From NCBI RefSeq assembly GCF_006345805.1, contig NC_043012.1, positions 45,322,001 through 45,386,000 on the forward strand: DNA of 64,000 nt, written 5' to 3'. Numbering within the stretch: position 1 is the stretch's first letter; every line of letters starts with the position of its first letter. The stretch comes from Octopus sinensis (Eukaryota). The translations under genes and the position numbers were made by a program. Under the pieces are notes generated by a model. The model was not told the DNA's origin. It saw only the letters and a list, made by a program, of their open reading frames with translations, and ran no database searches. Below, one piece after another: positions 14,831 to 29,238 of this stretch.

Positions 14831-17255
14831 AAATGAACACATTTCATCAATATGTCTCCGCTAATTCTGTTATTTTCGAAAGTCACCTCAAACAGACCGT
14901 CCCTATTAAAATGAATCAACGATCACCGTTTTTATCTGCATTTATTTGGCACCCAAATTTCAAAGAACATAAGCATTCTTTGGATCCTGTTCAATATATT
15001 AAATAAAAGCAATTTCATTTGCTGACGAAAGACAACTTTTCGTCAGATTCCTTGTCGGTCGTTGAGAACCTCTCACCAATAGGGACTATCTTCATAAATC
15101 ACAGCAGCTATAAAACTTTTATTGTCTTTAATTTAAAAAAAACATCCAAACACTTTTAACTGCTATTATTGCGTGAAGAAGAAACGAGGGTCAACTGTGC
15201 AATTCTTCTGGTCATCTCGAACCATTTTGGTTACTCAAATATCGGCACCACTATGAGATAGCGAACACGCAAATTTCGGCACCCTTAATGAAGGCATTTC
15301 TAAAGATTCATTAATCATTATTCTCAAACTTGTTCAACTTTGAGGCTGCTATTTTTAAGTTTGGCAGCAATTTCATTGTTTTCTCTCACACATAACATGT
15401 TCAGAAAATTACTAAGCATACCACAACAGAAAGCAACCATATCGACCATCCTTCTTAGTTACCAGAACACATGCACAAAATCTGCTTTCATTCTAGCTCA
15501 CACACTCAGATATCACATACATAAATTATAAATTCAGTAACAGAAAAATGGAAACAGTGAGTCAGAGCTGGAGTAACGAGGGTATGCCATTAAAGAAATT
15601 GCGAATATCGCCGAATAGCTCTGGTAAACCAGACCAACTGTTTTATCAATTAAACGATTAACCAAGATGTCAATGAATTAATTACCTAGTTGACTAATAA
15701 TAATTAAATGAAGTGAAATAAAGTCAGTGGGAGTGTTTCTTATTGACAAAGATGTATTCAATTCAAAACAATGAAAATATTTCATTATATTTATGTTGTT
15801 GGGGTCAATATTTGCTCCTAAAACATGGGTGCCGTAATAATGTGAGTCACATTTTATTTGTTAGCCAAATGCGTTCAGAAAAGCCTACTTGCTATATTTC
15901 TATATCACTAGACGTCGATAATCTTACATATTTATTTCTGATCGAATAATTTCGAGCAAGGAAAATATACATAAATTATTTATTCTATCATATTTTGTGC
16001 ACTGTCATGTTTCTCGATTTGGTCAAGTAGAAAAATCTGATAGTGCACACAAAATATGTTAGGATGAAGTCTTTAATTTTTCTTTTTTTTCTCAGGGTAT
16101 TTTCCCATTACATTATCTTAGTAAGACGAGAATATTATTTTTGGCTCATACTTAAATGTAGCAGGAAACGGAGTTTTCGAAATATTTCCTCAAAATTAAA
16201 CATGACTTCCTAATGAGACCTTGTATCAGATACAACGCATCACTCCAGTGTATACGCTGAGGTATAAATTATTAGAAAATGTTTGTAATACTTGCTATTC
16301 ATCTGAGTATACACAACCATACTTCTGACCACTCACTACCTTTGCTTTATTCAAGAAGCATATTCCCAGATTCACTTAGCTGCACTTGTCTCACCGGCAT
16401 CCTGCAAACGGACATAACCGTATAAACGTTCTGGACAGAGGAGGATATCAGCCTCCAATTAGTTGCCTACATTTGAAGGATTACTAAGCTGGTTTTCTAT
16501 AATCTATATTCAGGCGCAATTGAATATTTGCCAATTTGTAAACACAACATGGTGAAGATAACGGCTCAAATGTATACACACGTATTGACACAGGAGTCAC
16601 TTCGTAACACATGTCTTTTACTAACATACAACGTTATTGTATACACCAATACTTTAGATGCTCACTCCTGCTGTATGATGGATGTATTTGTCTGGCATTA
16701 ACCATATATCTTTCTTGTATATTATATGTTTTGCTTTTTATTTATTACCAACCAACCAGCCAGCCAACCAAACCACCGAGCAGTCGTATTAAATGAGACA
16801 ACTGTAGCAGTTTATTCGATCCAGACGATATATTTCCGATACTTGAATTAAAAGAAAACATTTCTGATTTTATTTTGATTGTTATTCTTCCTAAGTTAGA
16901 TCTTCATTCAAATTGCTGTTTGTAACACGGCCATAATTAGATTATAAGAACTTTCATTGTTTTGTTGTTAATATTTAAAGCTATTATTATCAAAGATTTC
17001 GTGTCACCAAACAATATTGTCTCCAATTTTTGCATTTTCCTATTAAAAGCAATCATACCTAAAAAGCAATCATACCAGTGATCATCGATGAGTGACACAC
17101 TTTCGTTTTTAACACTACATACTTCACTATTTTATCTTACATTTACGCTAATTACTCAGTATGTACACATACATAGATCCACCACACACACACATACATA
17201 CACAATATTATAAAGCTATGATTTTAAAATAAAAGTGGTAATCTCTATTTCATAA

Positions 17256-17370
17256 TACTGGTTTCAAATTTTGGCACAAAACGACCTCGGTCTTCAACTG
17301 ATTCTTATTTTATCGATCCCGAAAGAGATGAAAGGCCAAGCCGAGCCCGGCGCTTTGGCCTTTCATCTCT
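17256..17370 (-). mobile_element. SINE core fragment ending in a fold-back inverted repeat
   Basis: TATCGATCCCGAAAGAGATGAAAGGCCAAG is the reverse complement of the core seen at 38995-39035. 16-bp perfect IR at 17324-17339/17355-17370. Confidence 0.6.
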
Positions 17371-17959
17371 GAATGTAATGTTTCCGGTGCGGTACCGATT
17401 CTGTATGCTCGCCATATTTCTCTATTTCTTAATATTACTCATAGTTATGCTCCATTGTAGTTTCACTTAATCTCATTAAACGCTCCAGGACCGGTGGTCG
17501 TCACTCTGGCCCTTCCATTATTCTCAAACCCTGAGCCTCAGAGCCACCTCTATACTCTCGAAACATTTCAGTATTCTCCTCTCCACAACCATCTACTCTG
17601 ATCTTTGAAAAAGCTACAATGCATCTTTCCACAGAAAGGCAGTTTCTCTGACTCAGCCCAGTATCTCCCTATCGCACTCATTTTTAATGGAGGCGACCTC
17701 TAATTAGGTCATCCTCCAAAATCATGAATCTTCCTCCCTTCTTTCTATCTGTCTCCACTTGAAGACCACCAACACATTTTCCGTAAAACTGGATCCACTA
17801 CTGTCCTACTCTCCTCTGTGGTCACCTGTAAGGCTTTTCACTAATGCAAATCTTCTATGGTAACTGTTTTCCTATGGGGTCTTCATATTTTTCATCTTTT
17901 GGATAAGTAGCTTTCTATCAGTTCACGCTGTTGCCGTGTGTGTTCACAAATCTCTTTCT

Positions 17960-18140
17960 CTCTTTCATTATATCAACACTAGCATACCCCAAGGGTTCCG
18001 TTTTATTCCCCATTTTCCTCCTTCTATATAAATTACTTACTTGCCATCACTACCGAAATCATCCGCTCTTTTGCAGACGACCTTATACTTTCCTCCATAA
18101 CATTTCCAATCATTCGAACCAATTCAATACTCGCTAAACC
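17960..18140 (+). pseudogene. CR1/L2-like LINE RT fragment (domains 4-5)
   Basis: AYPKGSVLFPIFLLLY followed by frameshifted IRSFADDLIL. Confidence 0.6.
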
Positions 18141-18701
18141 GGTACTGATTCTATGATCAGAGATTTCCAAAGCGTCTTCCAATGAGGGGTGTGTCAATAA
18201 TGTCTCCTTCAACAGTAACAAAAAAAAAGAAAGAAAAAGATAAAAGGAAATAAAACAAAAACAAACGCAAAACATATCAAGAAAATAGCATTTAATCCTG
18301 ATCAGCACTCGTAGCAGTTATTTGGTAGCACTACTCTAAAGATCTCTCCTAGCCACTCCACTGTACATCATTAATATCGCTGGCCTATCTATAACATACG
18401 TTGACCGATTTTGACTTGTAAGACCTCTTGGGGGAGATACTATAGACAGAAATGGAATATTTTAGTGGATTTTTTTTGCGACGAACTTTATTACAAAAGA
18501 GGCAGGATTGGAAGATGATAAACGTAGTTAATGGTTTCGGATATAGCAATTTCAGTGGATATTTTACATCAGCTAGTATAATATAGAATTATTAGTAACT
18601 GAGTATGACAGCTTAATAATTCGGTAGTAGCTCAGAAAACTCTTTTAACTAATTTCACTGACTTTAAATATATACATACATTCACACACAAACACACACT
18701 C

Positions 18702-18750
<49 letters not shown>

Positions 18751-18889
18751 CGCACACGCACACATGAATGTATATTCAATTCAGTGAAATTATTTAAAGG
18801 ACATACGTATGAAGGCGTGTACGTGATTTGTACGTGTTAGATACATGTGTGTGTGTGTGTGTGTATGTGTGTGTGTGCGTCTGTATCTC

Positions 18890-18934
<45 letters not shown>

Positions 18935-21269
18935 GTATATACAACGAGAGAGAATGAATGAGAGAGACACACACAAACAGAAGAAAATCTGTTTTGCTTT
19001 GCTTTCTGTTCGTGCACCACACAACAGTAGATACAAACTAAATGCGTTAGATGAAAATTCAAACTATAATTCGAGTATTTCTCATACTTGTCTTCGTTTA
19101 CACAAGAATACATATATGCATGGGGCTTTCTAACATACTCGGTGTTAGCAGTGCGACTGGAATTGAAATCGCATACCATACTCATTGCACACAGAAAGGT
19201 GCGGGTGTGCGGGCGCACACACAAACCTGCACACGCACGCGCACACGCACCCGCACACGCACGCACACACACACATACACACATGCAGATGTAGCAACGT
19301 GTGTACACACTGCAAACGTGTCTTTGCAGAGGAGGTGCATTTGAATGAGTTAAATTTCTTATATGAAGAACATTCCAGAAAATGATAATGATAAAGTATA
19401 AAGTAGTTCATAACATCATTAAATAGTGCTAAATAATCTATCGTCAGATAGCAGAATTTATAACTGAATAAACAAGCAAGCAAATATGTGATGAGATGTC
19501 GTAAAATCACTCGGATGTACGGAATTAAGACAGTTTGCTCAATTAAAGATTTATTTGTGAATAATGTTACAACAAAACCCATACTATTTTTATAACTGTA
19601 ATTTCATACTTGTCATTCGAATTCGAATGGATTTAGTGAAAGGTTTTAAAATCCTTAACATTCAGAAACGTCAAGGTATATATGTGTGTGTGTATGTGCG
19701 TGCGCGTGTGTCGTGAGAGAGTGGTGAGCATGTGTATGTGTGTATATATGAAATGTGTTTGCATCTGTGTATATATGATTTCTCATTAGATATAATATCT
19801 GGTAAATACCGTTCATAATTACGACTATAACCAATATCAATGACAACTTTGACGAATTAAGCACTACTAGTAGCAGCCTTGTTGATTCTTTCTGCGATAA
19901 CTTTGCCTCTGCTTCCTATCAAACTTCTCACAGATAAGAAAAGCTGCTGAAATCTTCATTTCTTCTCATCTCTCTCAGATATTGCACTTATTCACAGAAT
20001 CGACAGAGAACAGACGAATTTAGGTGTAGCTGTATGTCAGGATTGAGAAGATAAACTGGGTTATCTTGAAATAGCAAATGAGACATCTTTCTCTCCGTAC
20101 TTATTTTCGAGCAATAAGTCTTTCAATTTGTTTGCATGAAAGGTTCAATAAAAAAGGTAGTGATATAATCAAACGTATCCTGATAAATGTCTTTCTTTCA
20201 AGCCTAATCAAGGAAGACAAATCTATTGGCTGGGTCCGATTCTGGAATGAATTGCATCGACAAACCACAGCAGCAACTACGCCTACGACAGTCAAATTTA
20301 TCAATACGATTAATAGCTTCAGTTTTGGCTTAGTTTCACGCTTGGTTTCACTGACATTCCGCTGTTTGGACGGAGTGAATGATATTCAGGATACGCAAAC
20401 ACAAAAATACAAACACACACACACAAACACACGTACACACGCACACAGGTTCATAAAGAGAATGATATCAAAGATCAAATCAATGGCTACCAGTGAATTC
20501 AAAGCCAGTGAAATTACTTAATGAAGCTTTCTGATTTGCCACCACCTTAACCGCCTTTCTATTTTCCTTCCTCTTTCCTCTTTGTATTGTTTTCTATATA
20601 TTTTCCTCTTTCAATCCTACCTTCGACCCTTCCTCTCGTTCCCTCTCTACATTTTCCTTGGTAGAATTACAGCAGTGACGCTCTGGCGATTTGGCTCTCG
20701 CTGTTGATAAGCAATAATAAGTAGTAATCTAGTTATTCTTTGAATTTCTGCAGGGATTACAATTTGTAATCTCTGCTAATCTATGCCAGACCACCTATCG
20801 TCACGTTTGATCTAAATACCTTTTCTATACCCATTCTCCTTCTGGCGCCATATAACAATTAGATTTATCCCATCGCCATCTTGCTTTCAAAATTAGTAAT
20901 CTCTTTGCTTATAGTTTCTTATTCTTTCACTCACTCACTCACTCACGCACATACAGATTCACTATCTTACTTTCTCGTTTCTGATTTCTCTTTAAGAAAA
21001 CGAAGAAATGCTCAGAATGGTTTTTAATTTATTTCCATTACTTTGAGATGGATTTATGGATTCAAGTTGAAATAATTTGATAAAATTCTGCCTTCATGCC
21101 ATACGTTGGACCAGTTAATGGCAGCGCAGAACTGAGTGGCAGCCAGCCACAGAAAAAAAAACGCACAGGCATATACCCATATACTTACAAATACATGCAC
21201 ATAATCACAATCCACTCACAAACGTAGATACAGACATACATACACATACGCACAGAGATATATCTAATG

Positions 21270-21293
21270 CGCACCTATATATATGTTTATATA

Positions 21294-21349
<56 letters not shown>

Positions 21350-21401
21350 TACATTCATCTATATACACCTATATATATATATTTATCTGTCTACCCATCT
21401 G

Positions 21402-21494
<93 letters not shown>

Positions 21495-21525
21495 TTTTCT
21501 GTCTGTTTGTCCGTCTGTCTATCTG

Positions 21526-21604
<79 letters not shown>

Positions 21605-21640
21605 GTCTGTCTGTCTGTCTGTCTCTCTCTGTCTCTCTGT
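21270..21640. repeat. Compound microsatellite (TA)n-(TCAA)n-(TCTA)n-(TCTG)n
   Basis: Direct inspection. Confidence 0.9.
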
Positions 21641-22945
21641 CTATACATATAAACACATATACTTACAGTCATACACATGCACTCATATATACATGCATGC
21701 ATTAATACACCCACGAATACATCAACTGATACTTATAAACAGATGCACTCGTGCACACATAGACACGCGTGCACACAATGATATTAAATTGTCTGAGTGC
21801 CCTTGGTGAGATTATAGTAGCATTAGCGAGAGACAGTTGTCTACTACGCAACTTTGGGCTACTCAGGGTATATCTACGTTTTTTTTTGTAGCGGTGAAAT
21901 GATAAACTTAAAGTGTATTGAATAACGACTAAACATTAATTGTTGAGATTTTCGTAAATTTTAGCTGATTATGTGAGGGTACATGTACGCCTCAGTATCT
22001 CAAGTAAATATTAAGTGAGGAATTTCATGTCAGATATTTCAGAAATCTTACTAATACACCTAAGTGTCATATACTTAAAAGTAAAATCTAAGCAGCCTCA
22101 ACACAGTAGCCGGGCTTCCTAGATATAAGAACCAAATCTACTGAAAAATACTAAATAGCGTCTTAATTACAGAACTATACTATATTGACCAATGTAGTTC
22201 TCGATATACAAAAGTATATCACTGAACTTCCTTTGAACATACATCAGTTCCACTATGAATGAAATTGGGCTAAACTACAACAGCAACATCAACTGCATTC
22301 AACTTTAATATTGGTTTCAAAATTCGAATCAGACCAGCAAGTTCTGGAGGAGCAATCACTGCCCTTCAGTGCAACATGGGCTAACAACCACCTATACAAC
22401 GCAAGTTTAATTCTCTATATCTTAAAGTGACAGGTCCTTCTTCTTAAATGTGTTCGGTGGAAGGTGAATATTCTGTGGTGTATGAGATCCATGGAGCACA
22501 GTAACTTATGGCAGCGCAGACAGACGAGTTACAATCAGTGACATTGGTGTATGATTGGACTCTGATCCAACAGCAGTACAGAAGATGATGAGGGACATTT
22601 GGGCATTGAAAAGTGTGTGCAGATTTGTTAACATGACGGTTGATCTCAAATTTGAGGGAGAAAAGGTTAGTAATTTGCTTTGATCAGCTAGAAGCGTTTG
22701 AAATCGATAAAAATACTGGTGACGATGAAGTGTGGGTATAGCTTTATAATCCGGAAATGAAGTCTCGGTTCATGGAATAGCGTCACCTTTTCTTCAAGGC
22801 TTAAGAAGTTCAAAAGCCAACAAACCGTACAAAGATTCATGGTAGCTGATTCATTTCTTCTTGATCTTCTGGAACATGGCCGTACCGTGAACAGTGAGCG
22901 GTAAATACACACACGTGTATGTATGTATATATATATATATATATA

Positions 22946-24121
22946 CAGGGATTGGACAAAATAATGGAAATACCTTAAATTTTCAAACAAATTTATTTTA
23001 ATATGGGGTAGGACCGCCTTTGGCAGTAATTACAGCTTGAATTCAAAGTTTGAATTGTTTCCAAAGAAAGTGTTGTCCACTCTTCACCTAAAACAGTCGA
23101 CTCCTTATTTGTTTTTCTAAAATGTACCATAAGTGTTCAATAATATTGGGATCTGGGGACAGGACTGTGGTGGCCTGATGTTCCTCTTGCCATTCAGTAA
23201 CAACTTTAGCTGTATGAATTGGTGCATTATCATCCTGAAAGATTGCATTTTCCCCCGGAAACAGTTGGCAACAATAGGATGAATTTCACGAGATAAACTG
23301 CTTAAATAGTCTTGACTATTAATTCTACCATGAAGGGAAACAATTAGGCTGGCAGATTTCCAAGATATAAGTCCCCAGATCATCACAGATCCTTCTCCAT
23401 ATTTAACAGTTGGAAAAAGGTAGTCTGGGTCAAATGCTTCTTTTGGCTGTCTCGGCCAGTTGTCGGAAATAAGGTAAAGGATGACTCGTCCGAAAAAATA
23501 ACATTCTTCTACTACTCTAGGGACTAATTCTGTAGGTTTTTGCTCCACTCTAAACGCTTTGCAACATTTATTTTTGAAAGTACTGATTTTCTGATTGATG
23601 CCCTCCCGTGAAATCCAGCTTTGTGCAGCTCCCGGCGAACTGTTTTTGTGAAACTGGGTTCTCGAGGTGGTCATTAAGCTCTGCAATAATTTTGTGAGCT
23701 GTACTTTTGTGATCCTTTCTAAAAATTTGCGTAAGCGTTCGACGGTCCTTAGCTGAAAGTTTTGGTTTTCTTCCTGAGTATTGTTTCGACGAGGAGGTTT
23801 TTACCTCTTTCTCAAAGGCTGTCATTACTTTCGAGACAGTACGTCTTCATACACCAAGCATTTCAGCTGTTTTCGTTACGCTAGCGCCTACCATACGAGC
23901 ACCAACAACTTGATCTCTTTGAACGTTTGATAGATCTGTGATTTTAACGAATTTTAATTACCTTTTTCTGATGATATCTGAAAAAATAGCAATTTTAGCA
24001 AAATATATTCAGCGACACTAATAATAAATCAAAATAAATAAAATTTTGACGCTTGTTTATAGATATTTAAAAATTATGATGCTATGATGCTAGGTGTTTC
24101 CATTACTTTGTCCAACCCCTG
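22946..24121 (-). mobile_element. Tc1-like DNA transposon with 29-bp TIRs, TA target duplication and a defective transposase
   Basis: TIRs CAGGGATTGGACAAAATAATGGAAATACC / CAGGGGTTGGACAAAGTAATGGAAACACC (3 mismatches), TA at both ends. Motifs GRKPKLS, PTVKYGEGSVMIWG, QDDNAPIH, W..QSPD.NIIEHLW. Confidence 0.92.
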
Positions 24122-24305
24122 TATGTATGTATGTATGTATTTATGTATGTATGTATGTATGTATGTATGTATGAATGTATGTATGTATGTATGTATGTAT
24201 GCATGTATGTATGTATATGTGTGTATGTGAGTGCGTGTGTGCGCGCGTATGTGAGTCTGTATGTCGGTATGTATGTATATATGTATGTTTGTATGTATAT
24301 GTGTT

Positions 24306-24347
<42 letters not shown>

Positions 24348-24463
24348 TGTGCGCGTGCGTATTTGTATAGAGAAGAATCATCTGTGAGATGGAAAAAGAA
24401 ATCTACCAGAAGTATGAAGATTCAGTCTGATGTTGCTGAACATGAAATTTAAGTGAATGCATT

Positions 24464-24874
24464 CTTTACTCTTTACTCTTTTACTTTCAGCCATTTGACT
24501 GCAGCCATGCTGGAGCACCGCCTTCAGTCGAGCAATTCGATCCCAAGACTTATTCTTTGTAAGCGTAGTACTTATTCTATCGGTCTCTTTTACTGAACTG
24601 TTAAGTTATGGGGATGTAAACACACCAGCATCAGTTGTCAAGCGATGTTGGGAGGACAAACACAGACACACAAACATATACACACACATACACACATATA
24701 TATACATATATACGACGGGCTTCTTTTAGTTTCCGTCTACCAAATCCATTCACAAGGCTTTGGTCGGCCCGAGGCTATAGTAGAAGACACTTGCCCAAGG
24801 TGCCACACAGAGGGACTGAACCCGGAACTGTGTGGTTGGTAAGCAAGCTACTTACCACACAGCCACTCCTGCGC
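24464..24874 (-). mobile_element. tRNA-derived SINE (CORE-like, octopus-type), near full length
   Basis: Minus-strand A box TGGCTGTGTGG, B box GGTTCAGTCCC, CORE-like ACCTTGGGCAAGT, internal (CA)n and short repeat tail. Confidence 0.85.
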
Positions 24875-25557
24875 ATTATAAATGAATTTGTTACATCCTT
24901 ACCCCCATTACTCGCCACACTCACGACACTCGCTTGGTTCCTTATGTCTTTATTTGATAAACAGCCTGTGTCTTGTAACATCAGTTTTTTCGTTAGAATT
25001 TCGACAAATACCTGAGATATGAGTGGTTAATGTTGATCTCTATAGACTGAATAAATATGCGAAAGCGATTTTAAAAATAACGTTTGGTCACAGTTTAGTT
25101 ACATTGTTAGACCATCCCTCATAATATGTATCGGTACTTGTCAGGTTCATTTCGTTCCGAATTCAAATCTCGTCGAGATCCAGATTGATTTTAATTTTCT
25201 TTGGCCAATCAGATATAATATCAGTGAAATGCATTAGCGATTTCAGTTAATTGCCGTATGCTAGAGTCTATATATATATATATATGTTCATTTATATATG
25301 TTTGTATAATATGTAGGTTCACGTGCAAGTGTGTATGCGTGTCAGAATAATTTCTCAATTTGGTGAAAATTTAGTTATTTTATTTAAAAGTATCTTCGAG
25401 GTCATATCTCCCAGTGAGGTTTAACACGTTCTCAACACCCATTGCAACTAATTTGAAACAACGTATGTGATATTCAATTGCACTAATACATATCAGTTCT
25501 ATGCTTGTGGACGGCAATACAATAGAAAATCTGCCGAAATACTATTCGAGTGAGAGT

Positions 25558-25595
<38 letters not shown>

Positions 25596-25766
25596 ATGCT
25601 TCTTACATTCATTAGTTACATTATTTACATTATTTACATTTGACGAATATTTGCCCTCATCTTGTTTTTTATTAACACAACTTTTCGGCTGATATACCGT
25701 CCAGCCGGCATCAAGTGACTTGGGGAAATTTCGAACCTGGGTTCTCAGTCCTATGGTATATTTTTA

Positions 25767-25767
<1 letters not shown>

Positions 25768-25799
<32 letters not shown>

Positions 25800-25886
25800 G
25801 TTGTTGTTGTTGTTGTTGTTGTTCTTCTTCTTCTTCTTCTTCTTCTTCTTCTTCTTCTTCTCTTCTTCTTCTTCTTCTTCTTCTTC

Positions 25887-25941
<55 letters not shown>

Positions 25942-25945
25942 TGTC
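25768..25945. repeat. Compound trinucleotide repeat (TTG)n-(TTC)n-(TTA)n
   Basis: Direct inspection. Confidence 0.95.
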
Positions 25946-26340
25946 ATTATTATTATTCAGTTCACCGCCTGGAATCTTGGGGTTAGTAGCACGCGCACTT
26001 AACCACTACGCCATATGCCAGTCAAATATAAATAATCTACAAATTTCCTCATCTCTTAAATATAGAACCGTAGCTTCTTACATTATTAGTGAAGAAGAAC
26101 GTAGTTTGAACTACAGCTTCGCTAATGACGTAGTTTATTTACTTGGTTCAAGTGAAGGCCATAGGAAAATGAAAGAAATTTCTAATAAAATCTTAAGTGA
26201 ATAATGTAAACTTAAGAAATATAATTCAATCCTCCAATTCTCTACAGACGTTTTAGAGCGTTTCTAGGAATTTCTTTAAAGTAAATGTATTATATTGTGC
26301 TGATACGTAATGGAACTTTATTCGAGTTCCAGAGAGAGAG

Positions 26341-26400
<60 letters not shown>

Positions 26401-26837
26401 CGATAGTGCATTCATGTATTTTAAATAAGCGTTCCAGCCAATGATGGATGTCGTTTTAAAAATAGTAGGGACACAGTCTATAATATAGTGAAAAATAGGC
26501 AGTTTCTGCAATGAAAATGAATAAGATGCTTAGAGATGGTTTTGATCATAGGTCATTGAACAACTCTGCTGCCAAACAACATCGTACGTCTCAACTCGAG
26601 AATATAACTAATGTTTTGATCTACTGTAAATTAGTAAAATAGTCATAGTTCGTATGTAGCTGATGTGCCACTACAGTGATGGGTGGGGAGACAATCTTCC
26701 CATCGGTCTTAGCCGATGGCCACATCCGTCCTGTATGTGTCAGCAGCTATTCCACTAAACTCCACAAGCCAGCAGCGTACGGGCATTCGGTGATTGTAAA
26801 CAGAATGGCTTCGTTGCGATGAGTGCATCTCATACAG

Positions 26838-26992
26838 GCTTCTTCTTCTTCTTCTTGGTCTTCTTCTTCTTGGTCTTCTTCTTCGTCGTCTTCTCCTTCT
26901 TCTTCTTCTTCTTCTTCTTCTTCTTCTTCTTCTTCTTCTTCTTCTTCTTCTTCTTCTTCTTCTTCTTCTTCTTCTTCTTCTTCTTCTTCTTC
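26838..26992. repeat. (CTT)n microsatellite, possibly the tail of a minus-strand LINE relic (26990-27290)
   Basis: Direct inspection. The LINE link is weak inference. Confidence 0.85.
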
Positions 26993-27384
26993 ATCCGTAC
27001 CTGCAATTCCGTACCTGCAGAATTTCCTTGAACCGGGAATGAACCCCGCGTTCATTTATTAGCACTGTCATACCAGAGGTTTCTGGAAATTGTCCATGAC
27101 TGCTTGACCAATTGTTCTCTTAATTTAACAGTTCCGGATGTCCATTGCTCTCCGACGATGTTGCATGGCAAAGACATGATGTTGGCCGCTATTACTTCCT
27201 CGTACTCCATTGAAACGGCGACGATCACTTCGATGTACAAGATGTCCGACACTATTACGGTGATATATCGTTCATTCTAAGACTGGAATTTATTCTATCG
27301 GTGTCTTTTGTAGAACTACGAGGTTACGTTACGTGGCCAAACCTTCATGCACAGTGGTGAGGGCCAAACGCAAACATCACAGAT

Positions 27385-27481
<97 letters not shown>

Positions 27482-27504
27482 ACATATATATACAAGCATA
27501 TATA

Positions 27505-28300
27505 TACCCGGCCTTACTTGGGATTAAAATAGAGCATATTCTTTTTATTGTTTTACTTGTTTCGGTATTATAACCCGATTTCATTCAGGTCTACTCGGGC
27601 CACATTTTAAAGATGAAGCATTAAAAATAAAAAATAAAACAAAAAGATTATTAAAAATTGGTAATGAAAAAAAGCATGTCAAACGTTTAAGCAGTTTTGA
27701 GAAGCGATTGGAGAAACCTCGCGGATGTGAAGGGCAAAGAATGACGGGAAAATGCTGAAAAAAAAAATATCATTCAAGAATCTGCACAAAACTGAAATAG
27801 TATAATACGACTGCACTTACAATGTTTTGGATACAATATGTAGTTACACCTCGAGCATCCATGTCAGATTTAGGCCAACTACTTGTAACACCTGTCTTTG
27901 TGCCTTGTTGATGCTCATTGCAAAGCATACTTTTACGGGAAACTGCCGTCACGTAAATTCGAATGGCACGGCAGAGGGACTAAGGCTCATGGGGGTTAAT
28001 AACTTTGTCACACCAGCAGACTGTCCGCTCAGAATGGTTGTCGTCAGAATTAAGGTCCTAATATTTTTGATGATCAGATGCGTACCGTTGCATAGTTCTG
28101 GTGGTTCCACATTTCTCAGCAGTATAACTGGAACATCAATCTTCCGTCTAAGGTCATGAGGAGAAAGTCCGGGAGGTAGTTGGCTGTTGAGGAATTCAAT
28201 AAGTGTGCAAATTTTCAGCGCAATCCGACCACATTTACTAATACTTTTGCCTGCACAAATGCACAACTGCAAGTGAGACAACGCCGTCCTTTTCACAAAT
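27505..28300 (-). mobile_element. Helitron relic: PIF1-family helicase C-terminal fragment plus 3' terminal region
   Basis: EFLNSQLPPGLSPHDL..VILLRNVEPPELCNGT.., RQFPVKVCFAMSINKAQ; decayed terminal hairpin at ~27508-27526. Confidence 0.85.
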
Positions 28301-28309
28301 ATATATTAG

Positions 28310-28430
28310 AATAGCAGAGATACCCAGCCTTGCACGGGATAAAAATAGTTTATTATTGTTTTACATGTTTCGGTATTATAGCCTGATTTCATTCGGGTCT
28401 ACGCGGGCTACATTTTAAAAGGTGAGGAAT
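28310..28430 (-). mobile_element. Second Helitron 3'-terminal copy (direct repeat of 27508-27625)
   Basis: TTATTGTTTTAC.TGTTTCGGTATTATA.CC.GATTTCATTC.GGTCTAC.CGGGC.ACATTTTAAA shared. Minus strand CCCGTGCAAGGCTGGG hairpin followed by CTAT (decayed CTAG). Confidence 0.75.
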
Positions 28431-28656
28431 ATTGCCCTAGAGGCCAGGCCTTTCAATTGAGCAAACTCGAAGTTGTCATGCACACTCGCCAGCGCTTTTA
28501 ACATAGGTGTGCATATTTTCAGCTTAATCCGACCATATGCACGCATTATATATACACATACGCATTAAATATACATATGTACATATATACGCATTATATA
28601 TATATGTATACACATTATAGATACATACACTTTATATATATATTAATACACACACA

Positions 28657-28707
<51 letters not shown>

Positions 28708-29238
28708 TAACACAATAAATATCTGATTATTACCAAGATTGTGCAGTGGTGGTGGGCGATAATTATTCACCGTTCTAAAAGACCCGTGGCGGGAACATTT
28801 AAACTTTTGCAGCTGTCAACGCTTTCTCTCTATAGTTACAGACAGACGTACAGAGAGAAAGAGAGAGAGAGAGGCGGTGGAGAAAGAGTCACAGAGAGAT
28901 GGTGAAGGTGGAGAGGGAAAGACAGTGGAATCTGTCAAACGTCGTTATAGAGAGAAACTGGAGGTAAGGGAAGAAAGAAAGAGATCGAGGAAAATAGGCT
29001 GATATCCGAAAGTGAGAAACGACAAACACTTGACAAAGTCAGGGTTTTGTTGCCCTAGTAACCGCAGCTTTTATGATGGAGATTACTAATCTAGTCCAGT
29101 CGCTTCTGCTCTTCATTTTACATGTCCCTGTAAATTTTCGCGGCAATCCGAGCAGGCCTACTGCCATCGAACCTTGCATAACCACTAAATGACACGCGGA
29201 AACACAACTTTCAGTCATCTCACTTTTATATAGAGAGA

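Noticed and set aside
15020-15050. CTGACGAAA/TTTCGTCAG hairpin
   Set aside because: A simple 9-bp inverted repeat. The core pairs with itself and stems I and III are absent.
26747-27055. Poly-Glu / poly-Ser / poly-Phe ORFs
   Set aside because: All three frames come from one (CTT)n tract, with no flanking coding evidence.
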